From the NCBI RefSeq assembly GCF_964355755.1, contig NC_092676.1:20602871-20666870 (forward strand): a DNA stretch of 64,000 nucleotides, in the 5' to 3' direction. Both the position numbers and the translations under genes were made by a program. This document shows, piece by piece, positions 1-13,800 of this stretch. The notes under the pieces are model-generated. The model saw only the letters and a program-made list of their open reading frames with translations, made no database searches and was not told the DNA's origin. The DNA comes from Antedon mediterranea. Taxonomy: Eukaryota; Animalia; Echinodermata. How positions within the stretch are numbered: the first letter of the stretch is position 1; every line of letters starts with the position of its first letter.

Positions 1-193
1 ATCATTTTATGGAATTAATAAGTTTGTATATTTGAGAAAACCTAAAGGAAATAACAGTATAAAAGTGACTCCAAATAGCGAGAGGAAAAAATGTATTGAT
101 TTTAAAATTGTAGTATTGAGAAAGCTTTTGGCAACTTATGTATTCATTAATTATTTATTGATTGTTTATTTCTTACTTTTTCTTTCTTTACAG

Positions 194-3100
194 ATTGTAA
201 TTGAAGGTATCAGAGGAAGTAACTTTTACGGTGACATCGCAATTGACGACCTTCTTCTGCTTGATGGCACTTGTCCTCCAAGTGAGATTTTAAATATTAA
301 TGTATTATACGTTCTGTTCTTGTATTATGTAAAACCAAAACATATTATAGTACAATCAATGGAAATGGAAAATGGTTAGCAGACTGAGAAACCCTAGTTA
401 CCTGCCAGAATGGTGAGAGGTTATGAGGTCAATCAGATGTGTGTGTGTGTGTTTCTTTATTGTTAGCAGGATTATTCAAAAAGTTATTGCCCGATTTTAA
501 AGGATGGTTTCATAGCTGTATCATGGAAACATGTGATTAAATTGCCATATGCCTAGATGGAGATTTGCGCTCTCTGAATGCCCTTATAGTTTATCATTTG
601 TCTTTCTTCATTCTTAGTTGTTGCTACGCTAGCTCCAACAGCCTTGCCATTCTCTGTAACCTGTGACTTTGAGTCTGAACTCTTATGTGGATTCCGTCAG
701 AGTGCTGGTGATGATTTTGATTGGACCAGAGGCTATGGTGCAACAACTTCAACAGATACAGGTCCAGCCAACGATCACACTTATGGAACTGGATATGGTA
801 CGTTTGTGAGAATCATATCTGTACTACCTATGTTATTATTCTAGAATGGACACCCATTCTAGAATACTCAAAGAAAAATGGAGTAGTTATAAGGTCACTG
901 TAAGGTCTACTGAAAAAAGAAGATACACCAACTACTGTAGCAACAAACAAGCTGGCATAGATATTTTTAGTTTAAAGGCCAGGTGCGGGCACAAAATTTC
1001 TATTGATCATACATTCCAATAATCATCGATCTATAGTTTCCCCTATGTTTCATCATTTTTGTGATTTTATTTGTGTTACACAAGCTTGTTGAAAAAAAGC
1101 ACTTTCTTATCAGTGGGGGGATAGTTCAAATTACACAGTAAAATCTCTATTCTTTTGTACACAAATTATGTAAGTAGAGAGGCATTTTAAAAAGCTATGA
1201 AAACTAATTGGTGTGGTAAAAAATGTTATCGGATGACTAAATATAGGTAATATAACTTGAATATTACATTTCTGGTATTTTTATTCAACTTCAGATTTTT
1301 ATTTTCATGCTATAGCAAAAATTATCCACTGTATATCCACCATCTTTTTTCACCTTCTTGGGAGTCACCAGACATGTTATTACATTAGGTTAACTACCTA
1401 ACTACTGAAAAAAAGTCTTTCTGGTTTTTATGGAAGAATTTTGCCAACTTTTGTATTTGACCATATTAAAGGAAATTCATGTTTTTTCGTCTTGATTTCT
1501 GTTACAAATATTTGATTTATGTACAATTAACCAGATATTATATTTAAAATTCATGCCTGTACCTGAGCTTTAAGTGATCTTAAATATGCTTTACTAAACA
1601 AATGTCGTTTTGTTTTAATATTATTTCAGGCCATTACATGTACATAGAAACATCAACACCAAGAACAAATGGTGACGTAGCTCAGCTATACTCACCTACT
1701 TACAAGGCCAGAGCAGGCAGTGTTTGCCTGGAGTTCTGGTACCATATGTATGGGCCTAACATTGGTTCTCTGAATATCTACCAACAAAAGAATGGTATCG
1801 TCTCATCAGTCCTCTGGTCGAAGTCATCCAATGAAGGGATTATATGGAACATAGATCAATTGAGTCTTACGGCTGATGCAGACTTTCAAGTGGTATTTGA
1901 AGGAATTACAGGGAATGGTGCAAGAGGTGATATTGCGATCGATGATGTTACTATCAGAGAGGGCGCTTGTCCAAATTCAGGTTAGTTATAGTACAGTTGG
2001 AGCAATGCATTTTTGCCTTTAGTTAACAAACCTCGTTAGTGTAGAAGTAATAGCATTTATACAATTTCATCGGGAAGGTTTTTTTTTTGTAAATCCAAAA
2101 CAATCACAATTGTGGGAGGCACGACTCAAAATATTGGAATTTGTTTAATACAGAAGCAGAAATATTTTCAGAGTTTCTGGTTTTAATAAGTTTGGTTTCT
2201 TAGACTGTTACACTTGCTTATTCTTTTTTGTAAAGGGTCATGTGACTTTGAAGATGGTATGTGTACATGGGGTAATGTGAATGGTTACAGTGCTGATACC
2301 ATTGAATGGATAGAAGGAAGCGGTTCAACTGATACCATATACACTGGTCCAAGTGTAGACCACACTTTTGGTGCCAATGGTAAGTATGAAATGAAACTAT
2401 ACATGCTTTGTTTTAACTGTTTTCTCATTGCATTATTACATGACCGTACTATAATACTATTTTTTTCCGTTTTGACAATTGTTTTCACTATTGAGTGTTG
2501 TGACAGTTCTTTTTGAGAGAGGGCGATACACATCGGAACATTTCCACATCACGGTTAAATGCAATAACCTGTTTTATGTTCCTATAAATCACTGTGTGCT
2601 AAAGAAAGATTTTTAGTCCCAACCATATTTTCAGTAAACTATAAACTATTCTTTTTATTTTGCTATTTTTCAGGAACATACTTGTTTGTAGATGCAACAG
2701 GTCGTTACCCTGGTGACCGTGCATATTTAATGAGTAAATCATTTGATGCAACTACCACTGATACATGCTTCCATTTCTGGTACCACATGTATGGCATCTC
2801 AGCTGGCAAACTAATAGTTGAACTCGATTACTGGGATGGACAGGTTTTCCAATCTGAAACCAAGTGGGAAATTCACAGTAACCAAGGTGATCAGTGGCTG
2901 ATGGCTCAGGTCAAGATTGAGTCTTCTTTTCAACATAAAGTAAGCTTATTTCTGATCACTTACCTGGATAAATTGATTATTGTCATTTTCTGAACAAAGT
3001 ATTTTTTTGTACAAAGTTCAGTAACATGCATTCAGAGCAAGTAAAAGTAATACTACTTCTATCACTGACCACAGACCATGACCAACCTTGAATCTATATA

Positions 3101-4821
3101 GGGTAGTGAGTGTCTATAAAGCTCTGTCTACACTATCAAACTTTATGTTTGGGTTAGGACATATATTTGGACAGGATGACTTCATATCACTACCATATTT
3201 GGGCAGATCACACTAGTTTTAATTAGTGAAGACAGAGCTTAAGACTTTGTTTATTGATTAATGTCTTTGTCAGATTGTAATAATAGCAGAAGTTGGAAAT
3301 GGCAACGCAGGTGATATTGCTATCGATGACTTGGTACTTGATGGAGCGAGTCCATGTGCAGTGATTCCACAGATTGCAGCGCCTGTTACACCTGCACCAC
3401 CTGTTACCGTCAAAACTACTGTGAATGCTGGTACTGTAGGTAAGATGACTAAAGACCTGATGTGTAGACTTAATGCAAGCAAAAATATTTTAATCTCAAC
3501 GATTATAAGCAACGTCTTAGTTAAGTCGAAGATGCTCTCCAGATGGAATGCCATCCTGAGATGAGTAGTAGTAATTTTGTTTATTTTATTTATTTCATTT
3601 ATATGTAATTTACTTTCTATGGACCAGAGTTTCCGAAATAAAAGATTGAATGAATGAATGAATTACAATTATTAACACTGTAAGCCTGCACTTATACTAC
3701 CTTATATGTCCAAGTAGGATAATCCCATCATAAATATAACCCCATTTGGGCTAAATTCAGAAACAAGGCTTAGTTATTAAATCCATTGTTAATTCAATCC
3801 AGGTATTAACCTGACCCTGATTTTTGGCAAATTACGTACCCAGGCCTCCATGCTGAACTGTTTTAATTGATCAAAGGTTGCCTTTGGTCCACCACAGTCG
3901 TTCCTGTGGCTCATGAATGTAATGAGCTTATGTGCTTGTCAAAGAACGCACTCTTCGAAAAGAGTAGAGGTCATCTCCCAGTTTACTGCTCAATTTACCA
4001 CCAGAAAGACCCAGAAACAAGTCTAAGGACCAAATATATATATATCATGTTCCGAATATGAGCACTGTTTCTATAATTTACAGTATGATTTATATATAAT
4101 TTACACAGTGCTACGCAACATCATTGATTTACATATACACAATATTATTTTAAAAACCGTTGCGAATTAAAGTTGGAATTTATTCTGACTTGTTAAGCCT
4201 CCACTGATTGTGAGGGCGTTTGTTGTATGAGAGAATGTATCTGGTGGGTGAAAATCTGTGATAACACCATACATGGCTCTGTGGTCTAGTGGTATGATAC
4301 TCGCCCTGTAAGCGAGAGGTTGCAGGTTCGAATCCCGCCAGAGACATTTTTTCATATAACTAAAAAATACGGAACTTTCGCCAATGAGCTATGCTCGACG
4401 CGATTATGAGATCATGTTCCGAATATGAGCACTGTTTCTATAATTTACAGTATGATTTATATATAATTTACACAGTGCTACGCAACATCATTGATTTACA
4501 TATACACAATATTATTTAAAAAACCGTTGCGAATTAAAGTTGGAATTTATTCTGACTTGTTAAGCCTCCACTGATTGTGAGAGCGTTTGTTGTATGAGAG
4601 AATGTATCTGGTGGGTGAAAATCTGTGATAACACCATACATGGCTCTGTGGTCTAGTGGTATGATACTCGCCCTGTAAGCGAGAGGTTGCAGGTTCGAAT
4701 CCCGCCAGAGACATTTTTTCATATAACTAAAAAATACGGAACTTTCGCCAATGAGCTATGCTCGACGCGATTATGAGATCATGTTCCGAATATGAGCACT
4801 GTTTCTATAATTTACAGTATG

Positions 4822-4861
<40 letters not shown>

Positions 4862-7800
4862 TATAAGCAGAAGGTCCGGGTTCTCGGTTGGGGCAACTTT
4901 TTCTCATTCTCACAGATTTCCTCATCTTATCGTTTCAAATTAATTAAATTTCAGTTCAGAATTACAGTAATATTCTTTGCCTTTTGTGTTTATATACAGT
5001 ATAAGAATGATAAAAAAAAACATTACACTCAACACTGAATTAAAACTACAGTGCATGAAATGATTACATTTTGTTTGTTGTATCACTTATTTTGCAGCTC
5101 CAAGCTTGATTGACTGTGATTTTGAATTAGGTATATGTGGTTACACACAGCTAAAGACTGATGATTTTGACTGGACAAGACAGAAAGGTAGCACAGCCTC
5201 TTCTCAAACAGGACCATCCACTGATCATACAACTGGAAGTAAGTACAAAAAGAGAACTGCAATAATTTATCAACATTCAACATGACAATAGCAAGCTTTT
5301 GAATTGCAATCACCATTAGGATGCTCTCCTCATCCAAATCCTTATAGCACAGGTTGCATATTGTATTTTAGATTCAGACGATGCCAAATACAGTAGATCG
5401 TAGGTCTTATGTTGTTGCAAGTTGTTAACACTATTCACAGTCTGGTCTCTGTGCTCTTATGCCTAAATTATTATTATAAGGTAAAACTTTATAAAAAAAA
5501 AACCTGATCTAAAATCCAGCCACTGATAACCACATCATTTTTTCAGTAATTTTCCTTTGGTGTAATACAATTTTATCTTGTTTTGTTTTTCTTATTCTTA
5601 TTCTTTTTATTGCCAAATATAAAATACATGAAAAACACGACATACAAAAAAAAAACAATAGAACCAACTGAGTGAGCTGGCATGGGACACAAAAGCGAAC
5701 CTAATCACTATGACTTAAAGCCTGTGTTCCCCACTCACCCAGTTTCACAAGCAATGATTATATTTGTTTCATTTTTTAGTTGGATACTATATCTACATTG
5801 AGACCTCATCACCTCGCCTTTTGGGCGACAAAGCTCTAATCTCTACACCTTCCATGACAATTACCTCAAAGAGATGCCTTAACTTTTGGTACCACATGTA
5901 TGGCTCAACTGTAGATACTCTGAATGTATACTTCCAAAAGTTTGGCCAACTTGGTACACCAATTTGGACTAAATCACAAACACAGGGTGACCAATGGCTT
6001 GAAGCCCTTGTAGATGTACCAGATGGAGGGTTTGAAGAGGTGGTATTTGAGGGTATTCGTGGTAAGACAAAACTTTATCTTTTTTATAAAGGACTGTCTA
6101 CACTATCAAACTTTATGCGACAAAAAACTGTGATGTGCCCAAATATGGTAGTGATATGACATCATCATGTCCATATATGAGCACATCACATTTTTTTGTC
6201 ACATAAAGTTTGATAGTGTAAGCAGAGCTTTATACTTTTATTTATTTACTTCTGTTTTTTATATGTTATATGTATTTGCCAGTAGAGGAAGTATTTCCAC
6301 TCTGAAAATAAGTAGACAAATAAAGAATTGTTATTATACTGTAATTGCTATTGCACGACACGAATTGTATTGGGCAGGTTTTTACATTTTAAAGTTATTA
6401 GCCATTTTGATACAATATGATGACCACAATTTATGCTGTGTTATACAAGATATCCATACACATGGGGTATCAAAATGACCGGAATTGTAGTGGAAAGTTT
6501 TAAATTACGGGATGCCATTATATAAATCTGTATTCTAATCTATCAACTTACAAAATAATAAATTATGCTTAAGGTTCAAGTTATTTTGGTGACATCGCAT
6601 TGGATGACATAGTCCTCTTAGATGGTGACTGTAACAGCAATACAGGACCCCCTGCAATTGGTAATTCTGACTGCACGTTTGAAGACACTGCCATGTGTGG
6701 TTGGTCTAACATTGCTGGTGATAACTTCAATTGGATCCGTCAGACTGGCTCTACATCTAGTACTAGCACAGGACCTCAGAATGATCACACATATGGGACC
6801 AATAAAGGTTTGTTTTCTTTATATGAGGCATAGTTTATTGACTGGTATATCTTTATTCAAAAATGAAAACAACAAATTTACAAAAAATTCATAAAATATA
6901 GCAGCATAGTTTGATTCCAAATTGAAGTATGTTTAATTACAAATAACTAAAAGAAAAATAACGTGTAAATAAAACAAGTCTGAGGTCATTCTCAAACTCA
7001 ATTGAAGATTCCAAGGACTATAATCCTTCACGAAGCTTAAAAATGTCCCCATTGTTCAGTTGAAATGTCATTCCATTTTATTTATAGTTATTTTGATTCC
7101 TCTGTTCAAACATTATCATAAGAGTACTGTGTACTACAAGAAGAAGTTGATATTTATTACTTGTATCCATAGTATTGCAAATTTTCACTTGCAGTACAGG
7201 ATATTATGTTCCAATCATATTATGTATCTTATTAGAGGAAAAATGGCAAAATCAGCACTGTGGTCATGTTACAAGAGATGTCAAAACAAAATAGATTATC
7301 TAAAAAAACTCCTAGAATGTAGGAAACCTTTTGCCATTTTTCCCCTGACTTTATTACTCCATGGATAAAAACATTATTAGATGAACATCATGACTCAACT
7401 TGTTGATCTTTATTGAATTATCATCAAACTGATAATAACCATATTAAACAATTAGCCTTAAACAATTAAGGTTCTAAAGTAAAAAAACAAAAGGAAGCTG
7501 ATAAAAAGGCAAGCAAAGAAACGGCATATAAACAATTAGATCATGCATGCTTGGATGTCTCAAGTCACAATTTGTGGTGAATTGCCAAACCCTCTTTTAT
7601 TATGAAATAAAGTCATGAGCTGCCTATTACTTTATATCCTTATCTCCATGTAGGTTACTATGTTTATATTGAGACATCTTCACCACGTGTGAAAGGGGAC
7701 AATGCCTTGTTGCAGTCACTATTGAATGCCCAGACCACTAGCGAGTGTCTGGAGTTTTACTATCACATGTATGGCACCAGTATTGGCACTTTGAACCTGT

Positions 7801-10800
7801 TCTACAAGACAGCTAGTGGTGGTATGGGAACTCCTGTGTGGAGTCTTAGCACAGATCAGGGAAACAGTTGGCGTGGTGCAAGAGTTAATGTATTCACTAC
7901 TGAAGATTTCCAGGTATCAAATCATTACTCCATGATCAAATCTTTTTACTTTTTACTATATACTCAGTGACAAGGTAAACCAATGACAGAGAAAGGGAAA
8001 TGGTCAGAGACTACAAAGTGGTGAACTTTCCATCTTGCACTGTGACTGTATTTTATTATAATTTTACTGAGGCCTGGGGAAGATCCTGCCTATGACATGA
8101 TAATACTTTTCAACACATGCAAAAGGTTGTGTGTGATAAGTGTGTCTTGAAAATCTGGTCTAGATTGCTGTTTTGTAACATGATAAATAATGTTTGTGAT
8201 GCCCAACATTTTTTTCCAGATTGTATTTGAAGGAATTGTAGGCAGTAGTTATACTGGTGATATTGCAGTTGATGACGTCAAACTTCTTGGCTACAGCTGT
8301 CCAGATCCAAGCCATTGCGATTTTGAATCTGGTTTCTGTGCCTGGTCTAATGACGTAGCTGATGATTTTGATTGGATTAAAGGGACTGGTAGTACATCTT
8401 CTATTGGTACTGGGCCAGCTACTGACCATACTACTGCAACAGATAAAGGTACTAAACCTACACATCATTTTGGTTGTAAAGTATCCTGTTGTAGATGTTT
8501 GTACCACTGTCTACATTATTATCAGATATCGTCTCATTCAATATTAACCTGATTTTATTAGTGTGTGATTTGTTTTTCGCTTTGTACAGTATTTTAACAT
8601 TTATATTTTATTATGATTGTATTATGATTTTTGTGTGCTTTTTAAACATTTTTATGAATCTTTGTATACCACAACCATAGGGATATTTTAGTTTTCACTA
8701 CTATAGTTCACTATAATATCTCTATGCCACAACCAAATAAATTTCCCCATGGATAATAAAGTTTATTGAATTGAATTCTCAATTCTTAATATGTTAAACT
8801 ATCATGGAATAAAAAAAAAGATTAGTACCTCAAAGTACGGCATTCAAACCTCAACATATTTAGTTCTCTAGAAAAATAATAATTTATTTTTATTTGATTT
8901 TAGGAAGCTACATGTACATTGATGCAAGCAGTACGGTAGAGAACAGCACAGCACGTCTTAACAGTGAACTGATCCCAGCAACAGCTTCAAACGGACGTTG
9001 TTTCCATTTCTGGTACCACATGTATGGTGTTGATATTGGTAAACTTCAGGTGGTACTTACTGATGGGAAAACGGAGACCCTGCTATGGGACCTGTCAAAT
9101 AACCAAGGCAACCAGTGGTGGGATGCATCTATCGGGGTTCACTATGCAAATCAATTTAGGGTGAGTTGCTTTGGATTATAAATTATAATTAAAATTTATC
9201 TGTATATAAAACTTATATAAAACTTGTATAGTCATCCTGTTTATATAATATACTGTATGTATAAATACCAAGGCAAATTACTGAAAATATGACAATACTG
9301 TGGGTATCAGTGGCTGGATCTCAATGGAGATACAAAAAAAATAAGTATAAAGCTAACTTAAAACGATAACTTAAAACAGCCAGAAAAATTATAAGAGCTT
9401 TCCGGCAACACTAGCCCTTCATCAGTGCAAGTGATATATATGTATCTGTGTTTTTATTGGTAGGTTCCCATTGCTGATCATATCAAAAAAGGTTCTAAAG
9501 CTCTGACCAATAAATGTGATGCCATATATGGAAATGGTGATGTCATATCACTGCCATATTTGGGCATACCACACTATTCTATCTAGTTTGATAGTTTAGA
9601 ATATTCATCTGTTAGCACTGAATGGTACTGAGCAAGGGAGACCAGCAAAAAATTCTTTATCACTTTATTCAGTATCATTTAGTTTATCTTGTTTAAAAAG
9701 CAATTAGAAAGAAATTAGTGTTCTAAATTTATTTATCTTATTCATAGTTGATTTTATAAATAATTTATTTTCAGATGGTGTTTGTTGCTGTAAGGGGAAG
9801 TGGGTATAGTGGTGATATAGCCATTGATGATGTCACATTCACTGTAGGTGTCTGCGGTGGTCACCCATCTAATGCCGTACAGCCTGGATTCACTACTCTA
9901 GCACCAACACAAGGTTCTACAATTAAGCCTGTGCCCACTCCACGTAAGATAATTCAGTTTGTGAAGATTTATTTAAAGCTCTGTCTACACTATCAAACTG
10001 TATGTGATGTGCCCGTATATGTACACAAGGATGTCATATCACTGCCATATTTGAGCACATCACACTTTGCACATCACTAATTTGATAGTGTAGACAGTGC
10101 TTTATCTTTGAATGAATGGCTGATTTTTATAAGCACTTAAATCCAACACAAAATTAAGTTAATGAAGATTAAAGATTACACAAGGAGTTTCTGTATGAAT
10201 TTTATAGCTAGTCACACAATTAGGTAGGCGATAACAGGCTTTTGTTTGTAGGCTTCAAAATTTAAGAATATTTGCCTCATTTGGATGATCAATCTTCAAT
10301 TTGATTTAATTGGCAATATTTATATTATAATTCAATTCATCTTTCTTACTCATTGAAAATGTAAAAAATGTATAGGTTTATTTATATTTACTTTATTAGC
10401 AATTGCAGAAAAGGTAACTTTAAATTGTTGTATATTCTTAGCCCCTGGTCCAGTTGACTGTGATTTTGAGAGTGGTGGAATATGTAACACATGGACCCAA
10501 GCTAATGATGATGACTTTGATTGGACATTTGGAACTGGGTCTACAGCAACTATTGATACTGGTCCAGCTTTTGACCACACTCTTGGAACAGGTAAAATGT
10601 CACCTGATTTTGAAGGTTATGTACAATACATCTTTATACTGTATGGACATTCAGTTCTTTAATAAATAAACTTAATTGGATGTGGTTGACATACACACAG
10701 GAGAAAAATGATGAGATTCACATTTCACTAAACAATGTATTTGTATTTCTGTATTTCTTTAATTGCTAAAAAAAACCATTGAGACTTATCATTGTTGTAC

Positions 10801-13800
10801 TCGTTCATTGCAGTGGTTATAACATTTATTTTTCACCCATAAATTGTCTGTAAACACATTTTTTGTCACAACAAGTTTGACAGTGTAGACAGAGCTTAAT
10901 ACAAATTGAAACTTTAATAATGAGACTATGAAGTAGATAATGGCTGAGTAGCCTTCTTAGATCTTATTAACCCTTTTAAGTTTTACACTGGTGTGTCATG
11001 TTATGAATTTTTACTTATTCAGCCGCTGGCCATTACATATACATTGAAGCCTCGTCACCAAGAATTGCAAACGACACAGCAAGAATTGTAAGCACTGCAT
11101 TTTATAGCCAAAATGCTACCCAACATGGTGACGTGGTATGTCTTCAATTCTGGTATCATATGTATGGAACCCATGTTAACCGGTTGAACATACACCAGAA
11201 GGTTAGTGGTGTGCTCACTGACCCAATCTGGTCTATGGTTGGAGAGCAGGGAAACCTTTGGAAGATTGGTCAAGTGAATTTGAAATCAACACAGAATTTT
11301 AAAGTAAGCATCTCTTTGTCAAAGTATCTTAAATTTAATATTCATAAGTAGTCTTTTTGTGGTACATAATATATTTGTTTTCATTTTTTTTTTGTGGTAT
11401 TGATACAGCAATTTTGTTTTAAGTACATTATTATACTGATAGTCATATTTTAAGTTTAGTATCAGTTTCCCTTCAGCCAAGATTCTGTCAATTCTGAGCC
11501 AATCTGTAGGCCTATTTAACTATTATTTTCTCCAGCTTTTGACCCCTTTTTCAGCACTAATACAATTTACAATCTCTTAGAATTACAAGAGAACCTCTAA
11601 TAATGAGACACCTTTGGGAACCAGGAAAGTGCCCCTTTAATAGGGTGGGTGGCCTTAGTGTTAAAACATGTAGTTCTTCTCAATTTTCTTTCCACAGGAG
11701 ATTTAAAAAAAAAAATCATGCAGGTTTACCATCTGCTTTCATGTTACATGGTTTTGAGACATCATGCCACACACTCTTGTCTTTACAATAAAAATGAGAT
11801 ATGTTCTTTACATTAGATTGTTTTTGAGGGTTTACGTGGTTTAGACTACCGTGGTGATATTTCCATTGATGACATCTCAACCTATGAGGGTTATTGTGCT
11901 GTACCATATGCGGATTATTGCGACTTTGAAGAGCCCGTAATTTGTGGATATTTACAAGATACAACAGATGATTTTGATTGGACGAGAAGGAAGGGTAGCA
12001 CTCCATCACAGAACACCGGACCCTCCACAGATCATTCATATAAAACCGGAGAAGGTAATATTATATTTGTTTATGTGTATATTTTTTGGGAATTTAAAAC
12101 AATAATGCAATTTTATTTTTCATTGTAAATCAGTCCACCTAAAATTACAGCTTTCTGTCATTAGAGAGGATAGGTTTCCATCCAGACTAGTAAATAAATA
12201 GATTTATTAATTATTTTCGAATATAACAGTGATGCTGTAGTCTTCTTGCTTTTCATTGTCTGTCAGGCTATTACATGTACGTGGAATCCTCAACACCAAG
12301 GCTGTCCAATGAGGTTGCTCGTCTTATTAGCAATGTACATCAACCAACTAATGGCCAATGTCTGCAGTTCTTTTATCATATGACTGGACAAAATGCAGGA
12401 ACTTTCAGAGTGTACAAAAAGAGTGGTAATCAGTTAGGTTCAGCGATCTATACCAGTATTGGTGATAAAGGCAAATATTGGAATGTTGGACAGGTCACAA
12501 TCTCTTCACTGGCTACATTTCAGGTAATTATTTTACATTTTGATTAAGTTAGGCAAAACATTACGATTATCAACAATAAAATTATTAATTAAAAGCAAAA
12601 AAAAAAAAAAAAGTATTTGAACCTCTCATTTGTTAAGGAGACACCCCTATCAAGGAAAAATTGTCTTGTTAACCAGGGGAATATTCTATCACTATGGCAA
12701 ACCTCTCTAAAGGCCCATTCACACTAGGACGATAACGATGGACAATAAATATATAAACATGCATTTTTTTTACATAAAACAAAATAAATTAGAAAGGTTT
12801 TCGTTCTAGAACTATAGGATACTCATTTATACTGTCTTTGATAAAAATAATATTTTTAAAATTCCAATCAAATGACGTCATGATAAATAAAAACAATAAA
12901 ATCGTTGTATTATCACGATATTATTGCTCTTATAAATCCTGACGTCATTTGATTGGACGTGTGAATATATCATTTTCATCAAAGGAAGCATAGAAGGTTA
13001 TTCTATAGTTCTAGAATGAAAAGTTTTTATATTTCTTTTGTTTTATGTATGAAAAATGCACATTTGTCTATTTATCGTCGATCGTTATCATCCTAGTGTA
13101 AATGGGCCTTTAAGAGAACTTTGTTGGGTCCTGAAAGTGTCCTCACAAGCTTCTAGTCTACTGTAATTAAAAAGTGGAAATTATTATTTTAATTGAACAT
13201 TTAGAATGAATGAAAAACCTTTTTTTCAGATTGTATTTGAGGGTATTATTGGACCTAATGCACCTACCTTTGAAAGTGACATTGCAATTGATGATGTCAG
13301 TCTAACAGATGGAGACTGCCCTCGTGCTGGTGACTGTAACTTTGAAACTGATCTCTGCATCTGGGAGAATGACTACATCTCAGATGATTTTGATTGGCTT
13401 ATTGGTAGTGGTGAAACTGATAGTTTATATACTGGTCCAACAACTGATCATACTTTGGGAACTTCTAAAGGGCATTATATGTTTATTGAGACATCTTCTC
13501 CTAGAGTTACTGGTGATCGAGCAGTGTTATCAAGTCAGGTTTTCCCACCTATTCAGAGCCGTTGCATTAATTTCTGGTATCATATGTATGGTACTAGTGT
13601 TGGTAAATATCTACTACAACGTTTCTTTCTAGTTATGCTTATTATCTTCTAGGGATCAATTGATTCGACATGCTGTACTTGAATGACATAACCCCTAAAG
13701 CACATTGAGCACTTTTATATTATTATTAAAGCTAAATATAATATGTGTATTTAAATATCTTCATCAGGAACTTTAAATCTGTACATTGTCAATCCATACA

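Larger units (their letters stand above)
4044..4858 (+). repeat. 367-bp tandem repeat (2 full units plus ~50-bp partial) flanked by (TA)n
   Basis: Units start atcatgttccg at 4044, 4411 and 4778, with about 2 differences between units; right end merges into (TA)n at 4825-4858. Confidence 0.95.

Noticed and set aside
4167-4722. Two identical 62-aa ORFs ([13 protein letters not shown]...)
   Set aside because: They are the antisense reading of the tRNA-like cassette in the tandem repeat, with no independent coding evidence.
4044-4830. Hammerhead ribozyme inside the 367-bp unit
   Set aside because: GAAAGTTC exists on the - strand, but I found no CUGANGA core on either strand.
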